From: Macrostomum lignano | Lineage: Eukaryota | DNA length: 64,000 nt | NCBI GenBank assembly: GCA_002269645.1 | Contig: NIVC01002330.1 | Coordinates: forward strand, 1 to 64,000 | Reading direction: 5' to 3' | Shown: positions 55,357 through 64,000 of the stretch, in pieces | Numbering within the stretch: the first letter of the stretch is position 1 | Layout: each line of letters begins with the position of its first letter | Made by a program: the position numbers and the translations under genes | The notes under the pieces: generated by a model | Databases searched by the model: none | The model's input: the letters and a program-made list of their open reading frames with translations, nothing else | What the model was told of the DNA's origin: nothing

Positions 55357-57730
55357 TTATTGATTGATTGATTGATTGACAGATCGAGCTATTTAGTTCT
55401 TAAGATTGGCAATCGATTATAGCTGTTATTTATGCACTGCTAATGTCCTTTCCCCCTGTTTCCATAGCAACAAGACACTAGCGCCAGCGTCCCCGGCAAC
55501 AATGGCGGCAGCGCATTCGTCCCCTACCGCGGCAGCAAACTGCCGCAGCAGAATGCATCAGCCCAAAAGCAGCAGCCAAGGCACAACGCCTTCAGCATGT
55601 CAGCCGGTGACATGATGGATGATTTCGATTTCGAAGGCAACCTGGCGCTGTTCGACAAGCAGGCCTTCTACGCCATGGTGGACAGCGGCCAGACTCCCGA
55701 GCCGGACCTGGTGCGCACCGCCCAGCCACCCCAGCCGGAGCCGAAGCTGCGGCCAGACCAGAGCGTCCTGCTGCCCGGCGGTGCCGCTCCCGCCGCGCCC
55801 TCTATTCAGGTAACTCCGCCCTAATAAATCTCCCTGAGAATCTCCCCCCTAATAAATCTCCCTGAGAATCTCCCCCTAATAAATCTCCCTGAGAATCCCC
55901 CCTAAAAAAATCTCCCTGAGAATCTCTCCCCTAATAAATCTCCCTGAGTATCTCCCCCCTAATAAATCTCCCTGAGAATCTCCCCCTAATAAATCTCCCT
56001 GAGAATCCCCCCTAATAAATCTCCCTGAGAATCTCCCCCCTAATAAATCTCCCCTAGAATCCCCCCTAATAAATCTCCCTGAGAATCCCCCCCCCCTAAT
56101 ATATCTCCCTGAGAATCGCCCCCTAATAAATCTCCCTGAGAATCTCCCCCCTAATAAATCTCCCCGAGAATCCCTTCTAATAAATCTCCCTGAGAATCCC
56201 CCCTAATAAATCTCCCTGAGAATCGCCCCCTAATAAATCTCCCTGAGAATCCCCCCCTAATAAATCTCCCTGAGAATCGCCCCCCTAATAAATCTCCCTG
56301 AGAATATCCCCCCTAATAAATCTCCCTGAGAATCTCTCCCCTAATAAATCTCCCTGAGAATCTCCCCCCTAATATATCTCCCTGAGAATCGCCCCCTAAT
56401 AAATCTCCCTGAGAATCTCCCCCCTAATAAATCTCTCTGAGAATCGCCCCCTAATAAATCTCCCTGAGAATCGCCCCCTAATGAATCTCCCTGAGAATCG
56501 CCCCCTACTAAATCTCCCTGAGAATCGCCCCATACTAAATCTCCCTGAGATCGCCCTCTAATAAATCTCCCTTAGAATCGCCCCCTACTAAATCTCTCTG
56601 AGAATCGCCCCTAATAAATCTCACTGAGAATCGCCCCAAACCGCGTTCCGTCTCCTCAGGTGCCATGCAAAGTGGACTGCCAATTTGCCACAGACGTGAG
56701 TCTCCCCGTGCCGTCTGTGACCGAGGAGCTCCGGGTGGCTGTCCTGTCTGCCGCTGATAAAGCCGGCTTAACGGCCGCCCGCTTAGCCGAAGCTTTTGGC
56801 CGCAGCGCGTCCGAGTTTCTGGTGAGCTGAATTGCAGTTCTTTTATGAGCTATGACTCAAATTGCAGTTCTTTTTGAGCTATGACTCAAATTGCAGTGCT
56901 TTTATGGGCTATGACTCAAATTGCTGTGCTTTTATGGGCTATGACTCAAATTGCTGTGCTTTTATGGGCTATGACTCAAATTGCAGTGCTTTTATGGGCT
57001 ATGACTCAAATTGCTGTGCTTTTATGGGCTATGACTCAAATTGCTGTGCTTTTATGGGCTATGACTCAAATTCCAACTAGTTTATAACATTTAGACTCTT
57101 TGAGCATTGATATTAGGGCTCTGTGTATCTGACCTCAGTTGACCTTGACTTCCAACCTGGCACCCAATCCAGGTGCAGCAGATGGGCGGGGCCAGCCGGC
57201 TGCAGCCGGGCAATCAGCACCAGCTGCCGCAGGTGGCCGTGCTAGTGGGGCCAGGCAGGCGCGGCCTAATGGGATTATCAATGGCTCGTCACCTGGCTAA
57301 TAAAGAGGTTCGAGTGCACGTGTACTGCAGCGAACGCGAACTGGCGGCCTCAAGTGAGCTGGCCCAGGAAGTACAGCTGTTCCGCACCACCGGCTGTCCA
57401 GTGGTGCACAGCTGCCGCGACCTGCCCTGGCTGCTAGACTACATAGTGCTGGCCACTAGCGAGCCGGACAGCCCGGAGCACACTCTGGCCCTGTGGTGCC
57501 GCTCCAACAGGGCTCCGGTTGTTGGCGTGTGTCCTCAGCAACGAAATCCGGCTAGGTTGGAGTGCAAAATTAATCTGCAATACTGCCTACCGGTGCCCGT
57601 TGACGCTGGCTATGGCTCCACCTATCTGGTGGATGCTGGCATTACTAAACACGTCTATAGGCAGGTGGGCATCTTGTACGCCAGCCCCTTTGGCCACCGG
57701 TCTGTGGTGCAGCTGCATGCGGCTAATTGA
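54706..57730 (+). CDS. EDC3: Enhancer of mRNA decapping 3 (LSm, FDF and YjeF_N domains), about 531 aa, 4 exons
   Basis: Exons 54706-55239, 55468-55809, 56660-56821, 57173-57730; all phase 0, GT-AG, 1596 nt. LSm N-terminus FIGAQLQLDCGPLLGTFVG, FDF motif DDFDFEGNLALFDK, YjeF_N ATDVSLPVPSVT...GGASRLQPGNQHQLPQVAVLVGP, C-terminal SPFGHRSVVQLH. Confidence 0.94.
55288..55380. repeat. (GATA)n/(GATT)n microsatellite in EDC3 intron 1
   Basis: Direct reading. Confidence 0.95.
55818..56638. repeat. About 27-bp minisatellite CTAATAAATCTCCCTGAGAATCTCCCC filling EDC3 intron 2
   Basis: Direct reading. Confidence 0.96.
56830..57073. repeat. 30-bp minisatellite GCTATGACTCAAATTGCAGTGCTTTTATGG in EDC3 intron 3
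   Basis: Direct reading. Confidence 0.96.
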
Positions 57731-57764
57731 CTGGCTAACAAGAGCTTAAGAATAAATAGCTCGT

Positions 57765-57982
57765 ATATATAATCGCTACACTAAGAACCCTAATCACTGA
57801 ACTAAGAACCCTAATCGCTACACTAAGAATCCTAATCGCTAAACTAAGAATCCTAATCGCTGAACTAAGAATCCTAATCGCTGAACTAAGAATCCGAATC
57901 TCTAAACTAAGAATCCAAATCTCAAACTTAAGAATCCTAATCTCTAAACTAAGAATCCTAATCGCTGAACTAAGAATCCTAA
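57765..57982. repeat. 21-bp minisatellite CTAAGAATCCTAATCTCTAAA, left part
   Basis: Direct reading; the same array continues at 63571-64000. Confidence 0.93.
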
Positions 57983-58561
57983 TCCTATATACTAAAAATG
58001 AAATGTCTGTAACTAACTAGCTATGCGATAGATATCAGAAAAAATGGCTCAACCGATTTTCTTCAAACTTGCACCATTCGATCAGAAATTTTCCTGGGAC
58101 GGTACATGCATCTTGGCTAAGAAATTGCTCAATGTTAAAGGGATTAAATATTCGAAAAACATGCTTTTTTGCAAAGGTCAAGCAGCTCTTTCGACCTGAA
58201 ATGCATTGTAAGAATGCTAGAGAAAAAACTGACTGGCTGAATTACGATTGTGATAAAGATTGCATCACAACAAGTTGAAAACAGTGCCACAGAAACGCAC
58301 ACAAGACTTCATTGAAATTGCGTAACCATATTGCTAACTTGAATTTAGACTGATACTGGCTGACTGAGAAATTGATTATGTCATAACTTTTTACTCTAAC
58401 CGACTTGCTATAAGAATTTATTATAAGGGCCACAATTCAAGTTCTCCGATTGAAAAGAGATAGCCGGATGCAAACAAACTGGAATGCTAATGTAGCGACC
58501 TTGGTTCGAATCTTAGTAGTGAAAAATGTTTTTTTTATTAAAACGCCTTAAAAACACAAAA

Positions 58562-60290
58562 TTCTAAACATTAAAGAGCCACCATTTCAAACATTAAAGA
58601 GCCACAATGTCAAACATTAAAGAGCCACCATTTCAAACCTATAAGAGCCACCATGTCGAACATTAAAGAGCCACCATTTCAAACATTAAAGAGCCACAAT
58701 GTCAAACATTAAAGAGCCACCATTTCAAACCTAAAAGAGCCACCATGTCGAACATTAAAGAGCCACCATGTCGAACATAAAAGAGCCACCATATCAAACA
58801 TAAAAGAGTTACCATGTCAAACATTAAAGAGCCACCATGTCGAACATTAAAGAGCCACAATGTCAAACATTTAAGAGCCACCATTTCAAACCTAAAAGAG
58901 CCACCATGTCGAACATTAAAAAGCCACCATGTCAAACATTAAAAAGCCACCATGTCAAACATTAAAGAGCCACCATTTCAAACCTAAAAGAGCCACCATG
59001 TCGAACATTAAAAAGCCACCATGTCAAACATTAAAAAGCCACCATGTCAAACATTAAAGAGCCGCCATGTCAAACATAAAACAGACACCATTAAGAACAT
59101 TAAAGAGCCACCATGTCGAACATAAAAGAGCCACCATGTAGAACATAAAAGAGTCACCATGTCAAACATTAAAGAGCCACCATGTAAAACATTAAAGAGC
59201 CACCATGTCGAACATAAAAGAGGTACCATGTCAAACATTAAAGACCCACCAGGTCAAACATGAAAGTGCCACCATGTCAAATATTAAAAAGCCACCATGT
59301 CAAACATTAAAGAGCCACCAGGTCAAACATGAAAGTGCCACCATATAAAACATTAAAGAGCCACCAGGTCAAACATATACATGACTCCATGTCAAACATA
59401 TACGTGACTCCATGTCAAGCATTGAAGAGACACCATGTCGAACATAAAAGAGCCACCATGCAAAACATAAAAGAGCCACCATGTCTAACATTAAAGAGCC
59501 ACCATGCAAAACATAAAAGAGCCACCATGTCTAACATTAAAGAGCCACCATGTCAAACATATACATGACTCCATGTCAAACGTTAAAGAGACACCATGTC
59601 AAACATTGAAGAGCCACCATGTCAAACATTTAAGAGCCACCATGTAAAACATATACGTAACTCCATGTCAAACATTAAAGCGACACCATGTCGAACATAA
59701 AAGAGCCACCATGTCGAACATTAAAGAGCCACCATGTCGAACATAAAAGAGCTACCATGTCAAACATTAAAGAGCCACCATGTTAAACATAAAAGAGCCA
59801 TCATGTCAAACATATAAGTGACTTTATGTCGAACATTAAAGAGCCACCATGTCTAACATTAAAGAGCCACCATGTCCAACATTAAAGAGCCACCATGTCA
59901 AAAATTAAAGAGCCACCATGTCTATCATTAAAGAGCCATCATGTCAAACATTAAACAGCTACTTTGTCTAACATTAAAGAGCCACCATGTCAAACATTAA
60001 AGAGCCACCATGTCAAACATAAAAGAGCCACCTTTTTGAACATTAAAGAGCCACCATTTCGAACATTAAAGAGCCACCATGTTAAACATTAAAAAGCCAC
60101 TTTGTCAAACATAGAAGAGCCCCATGTCAAACATAGAAGAGCCCCCATGTCAAACATAGAAGAGCCCCCATGTCAAACATAGAAGAGCCACTATGTCAGA
60201 CATTGAAAAGCCACCGTATCAAACATAAAAGAGTTAACATGTACGAGCGTAGAACATAAAAGAGCCACCCTGTTAAACATAAAAGATACA
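58562..60290. repeat. 23-bp minisatellite TCAAACATTAAAGAGCCACCATG inside the Helitron-like element
   Basis: Direct reading. Confidence 0.96.
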
Positions 60291-60371
60291 CAATTTCAAA
60301 CGTAAAAATAAGCGAATTTTAAAGGAGCCGCTATAATGCTAAGGAAATTGTCGCACTAGCTACTTATTGTC

Positions 60372-61148
60372 TGGTGGATGCTTGCTATTTGGGGATGCTA
60401 TCTATCTTGGGGATGCTTGCTATCTGGGGGATGCTTGCTATCTGGGGGATGCTTGCTATCTGGGGGATGCTTGCTATCTGGGGGATGCTTGCTATCTGGG
60501 GGATGCTTGCTATCTGGGGATGCTTGCTATCTGGGGGATGCTTGCTATCTGGGGGATGCTTGCTATCTGGGGGATGCTTGCTATCTGGGGGATGCTTGCT
60601 ATCTGGGGGATGCTTGCTATCTTGGGGATGCTTGCTATCTTGGGGATGCTTGCTATCTGGGGGATGCTTGCTATCTGGGGGATGCTTGCTATCTGGGGGA
60701 TGCTTGCTATCTGGGGGATGCTTGCTATCTGGGGGATGCTTGCTATCTGGGGGATGCTTGCTATCTGGGGGATGCTTGCTATCTGGGGGATGCTTGCTAT
60801 CTGGACGATGCTTGCTATCTGGGGGATGCTTGCTATCTGGGGGATGCTTGCTATCTGGGGGATGCTTGCTATCTGGGGGATGCTTGCTATCTGGGGGATG
60901 CTTGCTATCTGGGGGATGCTTGCTATCTGGGGGATGCTTGCTATCTGAGGGATGCTTGCTATCTTGGGGATGCTTGCTATCTGGGGGATGCTTGCAATCT
61001 GGGGGATGCTTGCTATCTGGGGGATGCTTGCTATCTGGGGGATGCTTGCTATCTAGGGGATGCTTGCTATCTGGGGGATGCTTGCTATCTAGGGGATGCT
61101 TGCTATCTAGGGGATGCTTGCTATCTGGGGGATGCTTGCAGTCTTGGG
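60372..61148. repeat. 18-bp minisatellite GGGGATGCTTGCTATCTG inside the Helitron-like element
   Basis: Direct reading; source of the GGCLLS/GDACYL repeat ORFs. Confidence 0.97.
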
Positions 61149-61857
61149 ATGATTTCTTTTTGCAATGCACTTCATTTGAGCAGTTTGTCTGTTGTCTTTT
61201 TGAAGGATTTTTGGCTGTCTTTTTGTTACTTGTAGAAAACAGAGATTCTATCCAGATGTCCCCCATCGTCTTATATACTAAATCTCTAATCTATGTCTGT
61301 CTGTCCGTGTAAAACGCTCTACAGACTGCAATTCTTGACCAATTTTGATTGCGTTTTCACCAAAAAGTTGCAACTCAACCAAGGATTGTATGGTTAACAT
61401 TTCTTTTATCTGCTTCAATTCTAAAGGTCTTAAATATTCAAAAAACTGTATTTTCCCTATCTAATTAGTGTATTTTTCTCGCAGTGAGAGCTCGAAAAAT
61501 AATAATACGTCTATGGCCATAGACTAAACTTTAACTTCTTGAGCTGATGCTACGAGCTATAAATAATTAAATTATTCGCAAGCTTCAGAGTATGCACGTG
61601 GGAGATAAAAATATATTAAATTAATTTTCATTTATTTTTAGCTTGTGCCTGGACTAATCGAACATTTTTTGATTAAAAGCAACTACTAGCAATTTAAGCC
61701 CCCCGTTGGGGGACGCAAGAATGACGCCAAGTGGTTTTTATTTTGGCCAATGAGTAATAACCTTACTTATTATTCAAAATCCATTAATCAAAACTTACTT
61801 TTTCTCATTTTTGGCAAAAATAAATTGCCATGAATCAAAACCTTCACCAGCCAAAGG

Positions 61858-63272
61858 CTAACTGGGAGGAATTGCTGAGATGTCAAGGCTTACTGGGGGA
61901 ATTACTGAGATGTCAAGGCTTACTGAGGAAATTACTGAGATGTGAATGCTTACTTGGGGGAATTGCTGCGATGTCGAGGCTTACTGGGGAAATTTCTGAG
62001 ACTTCAAGGCTTACTGGGGAATTTCTGAGATTTCAAGGCTTACTCAGGAAATTGCTGAGATTTCAAGACTTTCTTGGATGAATTGCTGAGTTGTCAAGGC
62101 TTACTAGGGGAATTTCTGAGATTTCAAGGTTTACTGGGGGAATTGCTGAGTTGTCAAGGCTTACTGGGAGAATTGCTGAGACTTCAAGGCTTACTGGGGG
62201 AATTTCTGAGATTTCAAGGTTTACTGGGGGAATTGCTGAGTTGTCAAGGCCTACTGGGAGAATTGCTGAGACTTCAAGGCTTACTGGGGGAATTTCTGAG
62301 ATTTCAAGGTTTACTGGGGGAATTACTGAGACTTCAAGGCTTACTGGGGGAATTTCTGAGATTTCAAGGTTTACTGGGGAATTGCTGAGTTGTCAAGGCT
62401 TACTGGGGGAATTTCTGAGATTTCAAGGCTTACTCAGGAAATTGCTGAGATTTCAAGGCTTTCTTGGATGAATTGCTGAGTTGTCAAGGCTTACTGGGGG
62501 AATTGCTGCAATCTCGAGGCTTACTGGACTGGGAGAATTGCGTAGATGCCAAGGCTCGAGTTTAATTGCTGCAATGTCAAGGCTTACTGGGGGGATTTCT
62601 GAGATGTCAAGGCTTAATGGGGTAATTGCTGCGATGTCGAGGCTTACTGGGGAAATTTCTGAGACTTCAAGGCTTACTGGGGAATTTCTGAGATTTCAAG
62701 GCTTACTCAGGAAATTGCTGAGATTTCAAGGCTTTATTGGATGAATTGCTGAGTTGTCAAGGCCTACTGGGGAATTGGTGAGTTGTCAAGGCCTACTGGG
62801 GGAATTGCTGAGACTTCAAGGCTTACTGGGGGAATTTCTGAGATTTCAAGGTTTACTGTGGGAATTGCTGAGTTGTCAAGGCTTACTGGGGGAATTGCTG
62901 AGATGTGAAGGCTTACTGGGGAATTGCTGAGTTGTCAAGGCCTACTGGGGGAATTGTGAGAAGTCAAGACTTACTGGAGGAATTACTGAGATTCGAGACT
63001 TACTGGGGAATTACTGAGACTTCAAGGCTTACTGGGGAATTGCTGAGATTTCAAGGCTTTCTTGGATGAATTGCTGAGATGTCAAGGCTTACTGGGGAAA
63101 TTGCTTAGACTTCAAGACTTACTGGAAGAATAACTGAGATTCGAGACTTACTGGGGAGTTACTGAGATTTCAAGGCTTACTGGGGGGAATTGCTGAGATG
63201 TCAAGGCTTACTGAGAGGAATTGCTGAGATGTCAAGGCTTACTGGGGAAATTATTGAGATGTTATCAAGGCT
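61858..63272. repeat. 29-30 bp minisatellite GAATTGCTGAGATGTCAAGGCTTACTGGGG between inverted Helitron 3' ends
   Basis: Direct reading. Confidence 0.96.
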
Positions 63273-63570
63273 TATGGCATATTGAGCTCCTGCTGCGGAC
63301 CAGAATATGCCCAGGCCAATGACGATATGCCCTAAGAGTTTGTGCTTGAAAGGATAAGTACTATTTGCTGAATGAGAAAGGGTTTTGGGCTGATGAAGGA
63401 AACTTTGGCTGGTGAAGGTTTTGATTCGTGGCAATTTATTTTTGCCAAAAATTTGAAAAAGTAAGTTTTGATTGGATTTTGAATAATAAGTAAGGTGATT
63501 ACTCATTGGCCAAAGTAAAAACCACTTGGCGTCATTTTTGCGCCCCCCATCGGGGGGCGAAGATTGCTAG

Positions 63571-64000
63571 TCTCTAAACTAAGAATCCTAATCTCTAAAC
63601 TATGAATCCAAATCTCTAAACTAAGAATCCTAATCTCAAACTTAAGAATCCTAATCTCTAAACTAAGAATCCTAATCTCTAAACTAAGAATCCTAATCGC
63701 TGAACTAAGAATCCTAATCTCTAAACTAAGAATCCTAATCTCTAAACTAAGAATCCTAATCGCTGAACTAAGAATCCCAATCTCTAAACTAAGAATCCTA
63801 ATCTCTAAACTAAGAATCAAAATCTCTAAACTAAGAATCCTAATCTCTAAACTAAGAATCCTAATCTCTAAACTAAGAATCCTAATCTCTAAACTAAGAA
63901 TCCTAATCTCTAAACTAAGAATTCTAATCTCTAAACTAAGAATCCTAATCTCTAAACTAAGAATCCAAATCTCTAAACTAAGAATCCTAATCTCTAAACT
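63571..64000. repeat. 21-bp minisatellite CTAAGAATCCTAATCTCTAAA, right part, runs off the window end
   Basis: Direct reading. Confidence 0.97.

Larger units (their letters stand above)
57983..63570 (+). mobile_element. Composite non-autonomous Helitron-like element (5588 bp)
   Basis: 5' A^TCCTATATACTAAAAATGAAATGTCTGT...GGCTCAACCGATTTTCTTCAAACTT. 3' GC hairpin CGCCCCCC-ATC-GGGGGGCG (63541-63559), 7 nt, then CTAG^T. No TSD. Removing it restores one intact 21-bp satellite unit (CCTAA^TCTCTAAA). No Rep/helicase ORF. Confidence 0.85.

Noticed and set aside
60367-61312. GGCLLS/GDACYL/DSKHPP repeat ORFs
   Set aside because: An 18-bp satellite open in four frames, with no unique coding flanks

Overview
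Eukaryotic genomic DNA with spliced genes (GT-AG introns) and a very high load of micro- and minisatellites. GC-rich exons among AT-rich, satellite-filled introns suggest an invertebrate, possibly the flatworm Macrostomum, but this is an inference and was not verified. I could reconstruct six protein-coding genes: a synaptotagmin-15-like gene (8 exons, +), an intronless cadherin-like type I membrane protein (-), a GPR19-like GPCR (2 exons, +), a 121-aa orphan carrying LD-like motifs (-), an intronless METTL24-like protein with two tandem methyltransferase domains (-), and EDC3 (4 exons, +). There is also a probable decayed glycosyltransferase-like gene. The region 39.3-51.6 kb is a nested stack of retroelements. 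A degenerate LOA/R1-group LINE (+) carries a solo LTR in its 5'UTR. It also carries a near-intact, full-length copy of its own family inserted antisense into ORF1. All three insertions have target-site duplications, and the two LINE copies form a multi-kb inverted repeat. The region 58.0-63.6 kb is a composite non-autonomous Helitron-like element (TC...hairpin-CTAG, A^T insertion) filled with three minisatellites and carrying a second, inverted 3' end. Also present are CORE-type tRNA-derived SINEs, several MITEs, and a different tandem repeat in nearly every intron. No CRISPR, rRNA or functional tRNA genes were found. Family assignments come from remembered motifs and sequences; no database searches were run.
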